Assembly: GCA_030390025.1 (NCBI GenBank)
Contig: CM059432.1
Location: 103,232,001-103,296,000 of the forward strand
Length of the DNA stretch: 64,000 bases
DNA from: Squalus acanthias
Lineage: Eukaryota
Direction of reading: 5' to 3'
A program made the translations under genes and the position numbers. Shown here piece after piece: positions 1 through 13,109 of the stretch. Below the pieces are notes generated by a model. That model made no database searches. It was given only the letters and a program-made list of their open reading frames with translations, and was not told the DNA's origin. The number at the start of each line of letters is the position of its first letter. Position 1 is the stretch's first letter.

Positions 1-871
1 CAGAGAGTAGGAATAAACCAGTCATTTTCGGGTTGGCAGGCTGTAACTAGTGGGGTACCACAAGGATCAGTGCTTGGGCCTCAGCTATTCACAATCTACA
101 TCAATGATTTGGATGAGGGGACCAAATGCAATATATCCAAGTTTGCTGATGATACAAAGCTGGGTGGGATTGTAAATTGTGAGGAGGATGCAAAGAGGCT
201 TCAAGGGGATATAGACAGGCTAAGTGAGTGGGCAAGAACATGGCAAATGGAATATAATGTGGAGAAATGTGAAGTTATCCACTTTGGTGAGAGATTGGGA
301 AATGTTGGTGTTCAGAGGGACCTGGGTGTCCTTGTACACGAATCACTGAAAGTTAACATGCAGGTACAGCAAGCAATTAGGAAAGCAAATGGTATGTTGG
401 CCTTTATTACAAGAGGATTTGAGTATAACAGTAAAGACGTCTTACTGCAATTATACAGGGCCCTGGTGAGACCACACCTGAAGTATTGTGTACAGTTTTG
501 GTCTCCTTACCTAAGGAAGGATATACTTGCCATAGAGGGAGTGCAATAAAGGATCACTAGACTGGTTCCTGGGATGGGGGGGATTGTCCTATGAGGAGAG
601 ATTGAGTAGACTATGCCTATATTTTCTAGAGTTTAGAAGAATGAGAGGTGATATCATTGAAACATACAAATTCTTACAGGACTTGACAGGGGCTCAGTCG
701 TTGAGTATATTCAAGACAGAGATCGATAGATTTTTGAATATTAAGGGAATCAAGGGATATGGGGATAGTGCAGGAAAGTGGAGATGAGGTAGAAGAATCA
801 GGCATGATCTTACTGAATGGCGCAGCAGGCTCAAATGGCCTACTCCTGCTCCTATTTCTTATGTTCTTATG
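1..871 (+). mobile_element. CR1 LINE, 3' portion (RT C-terminal half, internally deleted, decayed)
   Basis: ORF 70-549 has the RT motif SKFADD and the CR1-typical LVRPHL.YCVQFWSP; it has a CR1 3' end and a (TTCTTATG)n tail ending near 871. Confidence 0.93.
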
Positions 872-1290
872 AATCGTGTGGACAGGGCCAGAGTGAGCAG
901 CAAGCCCCCATGGCATTGTCAGCTTGAGGCACGAGCCATTTTAACTCTCGGGTCTCATCAACATTTGAAGTCGGGCTGCCCTCCTGATTGCCTACAGAAT
1001 CAGGCAACCTGCCCACGTGACCTGGGCAATTTCCAGCCCGTTTCTCGATTGTGCTTAAAGTGGGGATGCACCTTTTGAAGCGAAGTTGTATCCTTCACTT
1101 TCATTGTCCAGTGAACAACTGCAGAGATGAGTTGAAGGGTTTCCCCCACTTTCCTGATGCATCCCTGGAGGTTCCATTGGAGGAAGTGAGGGCCAGGAGG
1201 AAGGTTATTCGTAGGAGCATCCCCAAGGCCACTGTCAGGCAGGCCTGGACAAAAGTGGCTGACAGGGTCAGTGCCACCAGTATCAGCTGC
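872..1290 (+). mobile_element. Decayed Harbinger fragment with Myb/SANT exon remnant
   Basis: Translation FPHFPDASLEVPLEEVRARRKVI...AWTKVADRVSATS parallels APRFDDVALQALVEGA...WVQVAQEV at 15114-15350. The upstream part resembles 3541-3790. Confidence 0.6.
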
Positions 1291-1320
1291 AGGTTTTTAT
1301 GGGATGAATCGGGAAAGACC

Positions 1321-1459
1321 GGGAGTGAAATTCATCTTGGGCGTTAGTGCAGAATGACCGATAGCGAATCAGCAGGCCATTTTACACTCCACCTGATTTT
1401 CTTTTCTATTTCTGGAATAGGAGTACGTGGGGGTACTGCCCAAGATGAATTCCACCCCC
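1321..1459. mobile_element. Short palindromic MITE
   Basis: Terminal inverted repeats GGGAGTGAAATTCATCTTGGGC / GCCCAAGATGAATTCCACCCC. Confidence 0.7.
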
Positions 1460-1489
1460 ATCTACTCCTCTGCTTGGGAAGTTAGTGAT

Positions 1490-1775
1490 GAGAGGTAATC
1501 AATTTAAAATTGTCACTAAGAGAATGAGGAGGGAGATTGGGACAAATTTCTTTATATAGCGAGTTGCAAGAGCTTGGAATGGTTTACTGCAGGGAGCAGT
1601 TGAGGCAGACACCATTGCAATTTTTTAAGAGAAGTGTAGATAAACAGTTAAAACGGAGGAAAATACAAGGATATGGGGAAAGAGCAGGGCGGTGAGATTA
1701 ATTTTAGATTGCTGTAGTTAGAAGCTGGCAGAGACCCAGTGGGTCGAATGGCCTCCTGTGTTGTTGTAAATGTTT
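1490..1775 (+). mobile_element. Old CR1 3'-end fragment
   Basis: Degenerate match to the CR1 3' end (GGATATGGGGAAAGAGCAGG ... GGGTCGAATGGCCTCCTG). Confidence 0.65.
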
Positions 1776-2869
1776 ATGGCTCTATTGTTGCACAAGCAAT
1801 CTCTTTCACAGTAGCCACAGCATTGGCAGTGTACTAAATGGAAACTGCCATACTCCTACAGCGGGAGTGCTCCTCTAAGATTAGGATGAATGCATGTAAT
1901 CACGTTATACCTGACCTGGAGCTCTGGTGCCAGCATTGGATGACTGAAGTGAAAAAATGCCGCGTTCCTAGTATTAGCATCCATCACCTTAATTAGCACA
2001 AACGTTCGCCAAAAAAGGAGCAGACGTCCCTTAGTTTTTGTTTAAAAACCTTCTTTCCCATTCTTAAACAAATCCTACTTTTTTCAAATGAATTAGTGTT
2101 TTTCCAGCAGGCTATTCCACACATCCATTCTCGAATAGAATTGCTACTAGGATAGTCAACTTGCAGACCATGCTGGAATCTGAAAACAAGGACCAAAACC
2201 TTGACATCAAGATGCTGGGGCATGGAATTAATGAAGCATGGCAAAGACTGGGGTGATGTGGTGGGTGGATATCGCAACCCTGGATCATCTGGCTTTTTCA
2301 TCTATATCAATGTAGATGAGATAATTTTGAAAGGGAAATGATCAAAATCAGCAAGGGAGAATTAATTAAATTATCTTTGGGGTAATTTTAACTTTGGGCG
2401 ATGGTGTAAAATGGTTGTCTTGAATTGACTGCCCATTTTGGGGAATCCAAAACTAGGGGTCATAAATATAAGACAGTCACTAATAAATCCAATAAGGACT
2501 TTAGGAATAACTTCTTCACCCAGAGAGTGGTTAGAATGTGAATATTGTTACAAGCGACAATAAAAATGAAGATGTGTCACAGGAATGACTCATGGAATAA
2601 ATACAAAAATGATTCAAGAACTGTAATAGGAATTAGGTAGTGTTCTGGCTGAAATTTTCCATAATTCTTTGGAAGCATGGTAATAGAAGACTACAATCTA
2701 GCTAATAAATTGCTCTTTAAGAAAGGGCATATATAAATATATATCCAGTATAAAACCAGATTCACAAGTGAGTTACTTTTACTTCAATAGGGCGTAAAAG
2801 AAGAAATTTGTGATTATCTGGTAGAATTGAAGGTAATAATAAGAATTAGCATGGGCTATTGAATTGCCT

Positions 2870-3200
2870 CCACTCATCTGCAGAAATTCTCATCCCCATG
2901 CATTTGTCACTTCGAGACTGGACTATTACAATGCTCTCCTAGATGGCCTCCCATTCTCCACGCTCTGTAAACTTCAGGTTGTCCAAACCTCTGGTGTATG
3001 TATCCTGTCCTGCACCAAGTCCTGCTCACAGATCACCACTGGTCCTTGCTGACCTGTATTGGCTCCTATTCCCTCAATACCTCCAATTTAAAATTCTCAT
3101 CCTCATGTTTAATTCCTTGCATGGCCTCCCACCACCCCCCGTCATCTTGGTTCCCTCCTTCAGCCCTACAACCACCACAGAACTCTCCATTCCACCTCTG
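2870..3200 (+). mobile_element. L2-clade LINE fragment (RT C-terminus)
   Basis: HAFVTSRLDYYNALL.GLP and LADLYWL...FKILIL motifs, homologous to 51186-51660. Confidence 0.75.
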
Positions 3201-5017
3201 GTCTCCTGTGCAAACAAGTTTGTTTGAATCATATGAAGGCATGGACAAGTGAGTGAATGAAGCAGACATAGGTGACATTGTATATTTTAACAAGGAGATA
3301 TTTTACAATAGGATAATGAAATTAGGAGTGTAGTATAAAAACTAGAGAGAAAATTGGCTTTGCAAAAGAAAGCAGGGTTTGAAGGAAGCTAAAGCTGGTC
3401 ATCTATTACTAGTGGAGTCCAATAATCATGAATTATGAGATCTTTGAGGATCATAATACTGATTAACAGCCTCAATAAAAGGATTATGAACAGAATGTCT
3501 GAGGATATAAAATTGTTCCAAGGATTTTCAAGTGATTTAAGGGGCGATTTTAACTCAGGTCGTGAATCGAACGGGTGGACACCAGTGTGGGAGGGAAGCC
3601 CCCATGATGCCATTGGAGTTAGGTCAATTAATACCCAGACCTCATTACCACTTCACTGATTGCTTTGCTAATCAGGCAGCATGCCCACCTGTCGCACGCA
3701 ATTTCCAGAGCGTTTCCCGAGGCCTATTTAATGCGCCGAAGCAGCTCTTAAAGCGCAAGGTTGCACCCCGCTTGCATTTTTTATTTCTGAAGTCTTGAAG
3801 GCATCCTGGCTGCTGCAATGAGTGGAATGTCACGTCCTCAAAGAGGTCAAGGAAATTGGTTAGGGAGGATCTTCTCCTTCTGAATCCATGCTGAATGCTG
3901 TTAAGTACAAAGGGCCAGAAATTGCTGGAAAAATAATGGCAAATTAACGGTGCTTGCCTTTATTGGTTTGTAATAAATACAGCAATTTGTGGCAAATAGA
4001 TTCGCCATGAGTTTCAATACTCCACAAATTACAGAGTGATCTGCCGTTAGCCTTGACAAAACCGAAAAAATTGCAATCTTGCCATGAGCCTCTGCATTGA
4101 AATTAATTGTATGTCATGAAATTACTGGATTTACACCGTTAATGCGAATTAATCTTGCCGCAGCCATTTAGAGCTGGTAATTCATGTCATAAGGACCCTG
4201 TTAATGATGTGATTTATGGTGCTGACATGAAACTTAATCTTGCAGGCCCAGAAAGGGAGCAATGAAGCTGTGGAGTCTCACTCCAGCAGGTAGTGAATTG
4301 CTCCAAGAGGTTTTTTAAACTTTTTATCTGTCTTGGCACTATTTTTGTGCCAGTCTTGCCATCCACACTCCTGTTAGTATCGGATGGCAATAATTCTCAG
4401 GGTACAAAGCTTTTTCAACACTCATAAATGCAAATTAGATAGATTTCTTTCAAAACATTGTTTTGGGACACAGTACAGATCCCACCATTTTAAAAGTGCA
4501 TGTTTAAAACAAGCAGTGACTGAGAGCGGCCAAAAAATGATAACCATTAGCTATTTGCATTAACTTCAATTTCAAAGTTGCTGGTTATAGCGCCTTCAGT
4601 GCTCCGTTTATTTTGGGCAGGAACAGTTATGTTTACTCACATTCGCTATAAAATAGCCTTATTGAGGCAGACTTCACATCTGAGCTCCATTAAAAACCCT
4701 GATTTCTAAATCTTGGCCTGATGAAGAGAGCATGGCACGGGTTTTAAGATGTTGTGTTCTGTTAAGTGCTCAGCAAGGAAACAAGACAGCCGAAGGCTAT
4801 TTGTGAGGAGGTCCATTCCCTCCATTGTAAAGCACCCAATGAAGACAGTTAAACTGTTTCACCCTCTGAAGAATGTGTTTCACTTTCACACTGTACCTTG
4901 TAGATAAATATACGCTGTGGGAATGGAGAGAGACAGGGTTCAGGCGCAAATTCATCATTTGATCAATGTCTTTGGCTTAGAATAGAAGTGGCCCAATTTT
5001 AGCAAATTGAGGCATTG

Positions 5018-7190
5018 GGACCTGTTTGGGATCCTGTGCAGTCCTGGCACGGACCCGTTTCGGATCCAGTGCAGTCCCGGCCCGGACCTGTTCAGGATCC
5101 AGTGCAGTCCTGGCCCGGACCTGTTCAGGATCCAGTGCAGTCCTGGCCCGGACCTGTTCAGGATCCAGTGCAGTCCTGGCCCGGACCTGTTCAGGATCCT
5201 GTGCAGTCCTGGCCCGGACCTGTTTGGGATCCAGTGCAGTCCTGGCCCGGACCTGTTCAGGATCCAGTGCAGTCCTGGCCCGGACCTGTTTGGGATCCTG
5301 TGCAGTCCTGGCCCGGACCTGTTCAGGATCCAGTGCAGTCCTGGCCCAGACCTGTTTGGGATCCAGTGCAGTCCTGGCCCGGACCTGTTCAGGATCCAGT
5401 GCAGTCCTGGCCCGGACCTGTTTGGGATCCAGTGCAGTCCTGGCCCGGACCTGTTCAGGATCTAGTGCATCCTGGCCCGGACCTGTTCAGGATCCAGTGC
5501 AGTCCTGGCCCGGACCTGTTCAGGATCCAGTGCAGTCCTGGCCCGGACCTGTTTGGGATCCAGTGCAGTCCTGGCCCAGACCTGTTCGGGATCCAGTGCA
5601 GTCCTGGCCCGGACCTGTTCAGGATCTAGTGCAGTCCTGGCCCGGACCTGTTTGGGATCCTGTGCAGTCCTGGCCCGGACCTGTTCAGGATCCAGTGCAG
5701 TCCTGGCCCGGACCTGTTTGGGATCCAGTGCAGTCCAGGCCCGGACCTGTTTGGGATCCTGTGCAGTCCTGGCCCGGACCTGTTCAGGATCCAGTGCAGT
5801 CCTGGCCCGGACCTGTTTGGGATCCAGTGCAGTCCTGGCCCGGACCTGTTCAGGATCTAGTGCATCCTGGCCCGGACCTGTTCAGGATCCAGTGCAGTCC
5901 TGGCCCGGACCTGTTCAGGATCCAGTGCAGTCCTGGCCCGGACCTGTTTGGGATCCAGTGCAGTCCTGACCCAGACCTGTTCGGGATCCAGTGCAGTCCT
6001 GGCCCGGACCTGTTCAGGATCCAGTGCAGTCCTGGCCCGGACCTGTTTGGGATCCAGTGCAGTCCTGGCCCGGACCTGTTCAGGATCCAGTGCAGATCTG
6101 GCCCGGACCGGTTTGGGATCCAGTGCAGTCCTGGCCCGGACCTGTTTGGGATCCAGTGCAGTCCTGGCCCGGACCTGTTTGGGATCCTGTGCAGTCCCGG
6201 CCCGGACCTGTTCAGGATCCTGTGCAGTCCTGGCCCGGACCTGTTCAGGATCCTGTGCAGTCCTGGCCCGGACCTGTTTGGGATCCAGTGCAGTCCTGGC
6301 CCGGACCTGTTTGGGATCCAGTGCAGTCCTGGCCCAGACCTGTTCGGGATCCAGTGCAGTCCTGGCCCGGACCTGTTCAGGATCCAGTGCATCCTGGCCC
6401 GGACCTGTTCAGGATCCAGTGCAGTCCTGGCCCGGACCTGTTCAGGATCCAGTGCAGTCCTGGCCCGGACCTGTTTGGGATCCAGTGCAGTCCTGGCCCA
6501 GACCTGTTCGGGATCCAGTGCAGTCCTGGCCCGGACCTGTTCAGGATCCAGTGCAGTCCTGGCCCGGACCTGTTTGGGATCCAGTGCAGTCCTGGCCCGG
6601 ACCTGTTCAGGATCCAGTGCAGTCCTGGCCCGGACCTGTTTGGGATCCAGTGCAGTCCTGGCCCGGACCTGTTTGGGATCCAGTGCAGTCCTGGCCCGGA
6701 CCTGTTTGGGATCCTGTGCAGTCCCGGCCCGGACCTGTTCAGGATCCTGTGCAGTCCTGGCCCGGACCTGTTCAGGATCCTGTGCAGTCCTGGCCCGGAC
6801 CTGTTTGGGATCCAGTGCAGTCCTGGCCCGGACCTGTTCGGGATCCTGTGCAGTCCTGGCCCGGACCTGTTTGGGATCCTGTGCAGTCCTGGCCCGGACC
6901 TGTTCCGGATCCAGTGCAGTCCTGGCCCGGACCTGTTCAGGATCCGGTGCAGTCCTGGCCCGGACCTGTTCAGGATCCAGTGCAGTCGTGGCCCGGACCT
7001 GTTTGGGATCCTGTGCAGTCCTGGCCCGGACTTGTTCAGGATCCAGTGAAGTCCTGGCCCGGACCTGTTTGGGATCCAGTGCAGTCATGGTCTGCACCCG
7101 TTGGGATCCAGTGTGGTCCTGGCCCAGACTTCTTTGGCATTCAGTGCAGTCCTAGCCCAGACCTGTTTGAGATCCGGTTCGCTCCTGGCC
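5018..7190. repeat. 33-bp minisatellite, about 65 units, consensus GGACCTGTT(CA/TG)GGATCCAGTGCAGTCCTGGCCC
   Basis: Direct tandem repetition; 11-aa periodicity in all overlapping ORFs; edges degenerate. Confidence 0.97.
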
Positions 7191-7594
7191 TTTTGAGATT
7201 TGGTCTAATCCTGATTTCTACACTGCCATCAGTCTTTCAAATGGCCCGATCTCTTTTGCAGATGTTTGGAAGTGTGCACGTGTTGTGAAAGCGGCCAAAG
7301 GAATCCAGGATGACACTGGAAGGTATCACTGTGTGGAATTTCAACAGTGTTAAACAGATGGGCTTTTTCGTCTGAACAGCGGAGCATCATCAACAAATAA
7401 AACCAAACATTTGTTCTTCTTGCAAATTTGACATTTTCACATTTTTTTATCCGGACATATCCAATCACCATCACAGACATGAAAGCTTTTCACTGACAGC
7501 TAATCTGCTCCCATTGAAGAAGCTGGAAATTGGGAAGCTACGGATGGCTCGTTACAGGGAGAGAGCACGAAAATCGACTTTCTTCAGGCGTAAT

Positions 7595-8070
7595 ACCAGC
7601 CATAGAGAGGACTTAAAACTGTAATGGGAGTTGTCTACAGGCTTCCTGATAGCAGCAGTGAAGTGGCAGAATGTATTAATTCAGAATTTAGAAAGGCTTG
7701 TAGCAAAAGCAGAGTTGTTTTAATGGGAAACTTTAATTTTCATATAGGTTGGGAAGAGCAGAGTAGCTCAAGTCAGAAAGGTATTGAATTTCTTGAGTGC
7801 ATTCAAGATAGTTTCCTGGAGCAATATGTTCTAGAACCAACAAGAGGGCAGGACATACTAGATTTAGCAATGAGTAATTACCAGACTTAGTTAATAGTCT
7901 AACAGTAAGGGAACATTTATCTAACAGTGATCATAATATGATTGAATTCAATGTTAAGTTTGGAAAGGAGAAACTTAACAGTTACTAAGATTCTAGATTT
8001 TGGTAAGGCAAACTTTAACGGGATGAGACAGAGACTGACAACAGCTGGTCAAAACTGTTATTGGGTAAAA
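7595..8070 (+). mobile_element. CR1 ORF2 endonuclease fragment (decayed)
   Basis: GVVYRLP...VVLMGNFNF...FLEQYVLEPTRGQDILDL, APE-endonuclease motifs of CR1 ORF2. Confidence 0.8.
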
Positions 8071-8077
8071 TAGACGC

Positions 8078-8266
8078 TAGCTCAATTAATAACTTTAAAT
8101 CTGAGATCGATAGATTTTTGCTAGCCTAGGGTATTAAGGGAAATGGAGCCAAGGCGAGTGGTTGGAGTTAGGATTCAGATCAGCCGTGATCTCATTGAAT
8201 GGCAAAACAGGCTCCTGGGGCTGAATGGCCTACTCCTGTTCCTATGTTCATATGATCCTATGTTCC
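8078..8266 (+). mobile_element. CR1 3' end
   Basis: GAGATCGATAGATTTTTG ... GAATGGCCTACTCCTG followed by a (TTCCTATG)-type tail. Confidence 0.8.
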
Positions 8267-9214
8267 ATCGCGTATAGTGGGCAAATTGCGTTCGGACAAA
8301 CTTGCCCGCTATAAAAGGTGGGGACTGTATATGAGTAATTTGAGACATGATGTGGTGCATGTAGCTTGGGAGGAAAAGGTGACTTTAGACCTATGGTTCC
8401 CAAAGGTCTAAACCACTGGTGTTTCCTCGTGTCTAGCTCTATTGTAAACTAATTGCTATGATTAGTCAGCAACTCAATTACCATTGTATCATGTGACTAC
8501 CAAGATGGTAGAAGGCGAACTAGATGGACTTTGGTCTTATTTCATTGAGCAATTCCTCTGTTCCTATGAAAGCAGTTCCACTGTTCCTGATCATGATGGA
8601 TGGGGCCGCAGGTTCTATACTTCATGGGTAACAAATGTTTGCACAACGCGCACGCCTACCCTGCCATTCACTCATTAACTTCTCAAGGACCAGTACAACA
8701 ATTCCCAAACACAACTGGGTTACAATGTGCTCTTCTTCTGCTTGTTGTTTTTAATTTTTTTCTTACTTTTCCTTTCTCTTTTTTCACTCTCTTGATCCAC
8801 TCTCATTCTTTCCCTCTCTTTATTACTCTTTCTGTATCTAATTTGACTCTAATTCACCCTATTTTCTTCTCTGTCATTTGCTCTGTTTCTTTCTCTATCC
8901 TTAAATTTAATTGGTTAAGGAGATAGATTACTGGGCACGATGTTCACGAGGTCCCAGATGTGACATTGACATCGATGTGTTGTTATCAATTGTGTTTCCA
9001 GCAATTTCTTGCACAAATATAGATCTGAAGGATAAGGAAAAAGTCCGATTCACAGCGCTCACCGCAAGATGCGCTGCACTGGCAATTTCTGACCCATTAT
9101 TTGACATGGAATGTATGTAAAACTAATGGCTCTGTAGTTGTCTGTTTCCTCACTGCTTCCACGGGTAAATTCACTGTGGGACTTGATCCTGCAGGACTGC
9201 AAGGTCTCAGAGTC

Positions 9215-9455
9215 GATTCCTCATTTGCCCCACCATTGGCGGCTGTGCCTTCAGCTGTCTCAGTCGCAAGCTTTGGAATTCCGTCCCTAAACCTCTCAGC
9301 CTTGCTCTCCTTCTTTAAGACACTCCTTAAAACCTACCAACTGTCTCCTTCTTTGGCTCAATGTCAATTTTGTCTGATTACATTCCTATGCAGTGCCTTC
9401 AGATGTCTTATTACATTAATGGTGCTATATAAAGGCAAGCTGTTGTTATTGTTGA
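9215..9455 (+). mobile_element. L2 3' end
   Basis: GGCGGCTGTGCCTTCAGC...GGTGCTATATAAA plus a (TTG)n tail, as at 51186-51660. Confidence 0.75.
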
Positions 9456-9762
9456 ATTAACTGTTCTCAGCCAGGTCATTGGTGACACTGATACTGCCAC
9501 CTTCAGTGATCATGAGCGAAAGAAGAGTAAATTCAGCCAGTGGCCTTAATCCTCATCGCCATCCAGTGGCCTTTGCTACAAGTGCACATTTGTGGACATA
9601 GAATCATGAGGCTAAAAGTTCGATAGCAGTAAAAAGCTGCCGCCGAAAATGGTGGCGCTGGCAGGACCGAAAAATTGGCGCTGGGGACTAATTAACATTA
9701 GCCCAGCACTAAACCCACTGTGCAACGTCATTCTGGTGGCGTTCGTCCCAGCAGGAGGTTGT

Positions 9763-10078
9763 GGCAACACGGTGGCATAGTGGTTAGTACTGGTACCTCA
9801 CAGCACCAGGGACCCGGGTTCGAATCCGGCCCCGGGTGACTGTCTGTGTGGAGTTTGCACATTCTCCCCGTGTCTGTGTGTGTTTCCTCTGGGTGCTCCG
9901 GTTTCCTCCCACAATCCAAAGATGTGTGGGTTAAGTTGATTTGGCTATGATAAATTGACCCTTAGTGTTAGGGGGGATTAAATACGTGGGGTTACAGGGA
10001 TAGGGTGGGATATGTGTCGGTGCAGGCTCGATGGGCTGAAATGGCCTCTATCTGCACTGTGGGGATTCTGTGATTCTG
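9763..10078 (+). mobile_element. tRNA-derived V-SINE, HE1-type (sharks/rays)
   Basis: Pol III A box (9773-9783) and B box GGTTCGAATCC (9817-9827); V-domain GTGGAGTTTGCACATTCTCCCCGTG...CTCCGGTTTCCTCCCAC; CR1-like 3' tail. Confidence 0.92.
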
Positions 10079-11868
10079 AGGCCTCAATGTAGTGTGTCTG
10101 TAGCATCATTGCAGCAAGAACAGCCTGCTCTGAAAGCAAGGCTGTCATTTCAGAAAGCAGTTCGGTCTCTTAAAGGGAAACTGCCTTCTGAAATGAAAAA
10201 AATAAAAATCATGTAAAAATAGGCAGTTTTTAGCCCTTACAGCTCAACTGCCTTCTGAAAAAAAAATTTACTTTAAAAAGAATTCCCAAATGGGAGTCTT
10301 CATCTCTTAATGCTGAATTCCCTTCCACATCTAAAAAATGGGAAAAGTGCTTTAGCACAAACGCAAATGGTTTAACAAGCCAGGAAAGGGGCACCCAGGG
10401 TCTCACACGTAGCACTCCAGCTTTGTGCTGGGGGTCAACACTGTAAGAGAGGTCCTTTACCCACAGGTGCCAGGACACCCTCCAGAAAGAACGATGTGGG
10501 ACCAGATCACCGAGGTCGTCACTACCAGCACAGTCACCCCCACGACCTGACTCCAGTGCCAAAGAAGCTTCATGACATCAGACCACTGGTCAAGGTCAGT
10601 GAATGCATCTTCAAAAGCCATCTCCTACCAACTGCACCACTAAAATCACACACTTCTCAATGGACAACTCCCCCCCTCCCACTCCAATCACTCACCTACC
10701 AACAATCTGTACCAAACATGAGGCACACCTCCCATTCCTAGCTTAGCCTCACCCACTTGGAGGAGATAGTGCCGGCCATTCTTGGCAGGGGCATGGCTGA
10801 GCCCTTGGACAGCGGCGGAGCTGAAAGGATACAAGATGCTGGTATCCACATATGTCATCCTCCCTCTTGTATGCACCTCTTGCTTTCCTGCCCTGCCCTC
10901 ACCAAAACTCTACCCTTGTGCCTTCCTCATTTCACACACCCAAGAAATGCAGCCTGCCCAGCCAGTGGTTGACCAAGAAGAGGGAGAGGAGAGTGAAGAA
11001 AAAGAAGAAAAACCGTCATTCGATTCCACTCTCCCAGTCACCAGCTCCTCAAGGGCGAACAGCAAGGCCATTTGCAGTGTCCCCCACTGAAAGTCAGCAG
11101 CCTCCACCAGCCATGCTGCAGCCACTGGGATAACACTGCATGATATCAGTAGGATAGGCAAAGGCACACACAAGACAGTCACTAATGGAATGCATAAGGA
11201 TGATGGGTTGATTTCTTGATGTCATATTGGATGGATAGATGTATAAAGTTGGATTGAAAAGTTTGCTTTGTGGTGACTTTTATTTCAGCATTGTGGCCAA
11301 GAGGACACTGTGATGGTCAGTTACAGAGGAAAGATAAGGGGCTAGATTTTGCCAGGTCCGAGGAGGCGGGAATGGTGGCGTGTGGGGTGTTAAAATAGCA
11401 AAAAATGGCGGGCGGGCCCGACCCTGCCTCCATCCCGCCTCCGAGCAATTTTCCCCAATGCGTGGTTTCTGATCCCATCTCCGTCCCGCCTCCAAGAGGC
11501 GGGATAGGCCTTTAAGGCCCTTAACAACCACTTAATTGCCTCTATAATCCCATTTTGAGAGGCCTTTCCGATTTTAACACTTTTCCCACGTGATGCACGG
11601 CTCCTCTGAAACACGACGGTGAAACCTGGCGGTAGCACAATTGGATTGCTGACTATCAGCTGCAGCTCCACCATTAAAAAGGAGATTTGATCAATCATCA
11701 TTTGCAGGTGGCAGAACTTTGTTGTCTCAGGTCTGGGGGAACATGTAACAGGCATAACCATTGCTGTGGAAGTTTGGAGCCTGACATCCATCTCCAGTGT
11801 GACCTCCTGGGAAACCCCTCTTCCCACCTTGAATGAGCACTTCCTCAACTGAGGCATATACCAGAAGC

Positions 11869-13109
11869 ATGGCGACCATTTATTTCCTTTCCTCCTGGAC
11901 ATCAGATGAGGACGAACACCAGCCGCGGCAGCAGCAGAACCCTGAACACCAGCAGCACCAACTGCAGGAGCAACAGCAGCAGCTCCAAGCTGCTGCTCAC
12001 CCACCTGAAGCTGCACAGGCCAGAGGGTGCCAGCGCATGGAAGCACGTTGCCGCAGGAGATACCCCAAAACAGGGTCTACAGACAGAGGATCAGCTACCT
12101 CAACATGACTGAGCAGCAGTGCCAAAGGCGGCTACGACTTTCGCGAGAGATAGTGGGTGACATATGCGCAATGGTGCAGCAAGACCTGGAGCCCAGAGGA
12201 GCAGGTGGACACCCCTTACCAGTGCCCGTCAAAGTCACCACCTCACTCAACGTTTTTGCCTCAAGCTCATTCCAGGGATCAGCAGCAGACATCAGCGGCA
12301 TCTCCCAGGCAGCCGCACACACTTGCATCACGCAGGTAACCGATGCCCTCTTTGCCATCGCGCACAATCACATCCATTTCTCCAAGGATCAAGCCAGTGT
12401 AACTGCGCGGGCGGTTGGGTTTGACAATCTGGCAGGCTTTCCAAGGGTGCAGGGCGTCATTGACTGCACACATGTGGCCCTTAAGGCACCTCATCACAAT
12501 CCAGGTATTTTTGTCAACCGCAAGGGCTTGCACTCCCTCAACGTACAGCTGGTGTGTGACCACAAGAAGGAAATTTTGCATGTTTGCGCCAAGTACCCTG
12601 GCAGTTGCCATGACTCCTTCATCCTGCGCCAGTCTAGTGTGCCTCCGCTCTTCAGTCCGCCAGACCAACTTCATGGATGGCTACTTGGAGACAAGGGCTA
12701 TCCCCTGAAGACATGGCTAATGACGCCGTTTAGGAGCCCATCCAACGAAGCTGAGGAGAACTACAACTCCAGCCACATTTCCACCAGATCCATAATCGAG
12801 CAAACCATCAGCTTGCTGAAGATGTGCTTCAGATGCCTGGATAGATCAGGTGGAGCCCTGCAGTACTCAGCAGCCAGGGTCTCCAGAATCGTCGTGGCTT
12901 GCTGTGCACCTCACAACATGGCACAGCATCGTGGCTTGCAGATTACTGAGGACCAAGTGGCTCCTCACATATCCTCCTCAGATGAGGAGGAGGAGGAGGA
13001 GGGCGAAAACGCTTATCTTGCAGAGGCGCATCAACCAGCGGCAGCAGTATGCGAGAACATTGCTGCCCAGGATGCAAGGAACGCACTCATCTTGGCCAGA
13101 TTTGGTTAG
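11869..13109 (+). pseudogene. H1 Harbinger (HARBI1-like) DDE transposase, one frameshift
   Basis: Catalytic motifs [15 protein letters not shown] and RSIIEQTI are intact, with an acidic tail. The ATG at 11869 joins the 12027-13109 frame via a 1-bp loss in TACCCCAAAAC (~12061-12071). AATAAA near 13117. Confidence 0.92.

Noticed and set aside
2111..2255. Possible host exon (YSTHPFSNRIATRIVNLQTMLESENK...)
   Set aside because: Splice-like borders only; no recognisable homology or partner exons.
5018..7190. CRISPR array
   Set aside because: Units are contiguous with no unique spacers, there are no cas genes, and the context is vertebrate.
5007..7288. Long ORFs of 138-709 aa with 11-aa repeats
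   Set aside because: By-product of a stop-free 33-bp unit; frames switch at 1-bp deletions and no gene structure is evident.
9763..9835. tRNA gene
   Set aside because: tRNA-like head continuing into a V-domain and LINE tail; it is a SINE.
12061..12071. Programmed -1 frameshift in the H1 transposase at CCCCAAAAC
   Set aside because: Not in the X XXY YYZ register, and H2 reads through the equivalent region in one frame; a simple 1-bp deletion is more likely.
12027..13109. Domesticated host gene HARBI1
   Set aside because: Lies between TIRs with a TSD and a partner Myb gene, and is frameshifted.
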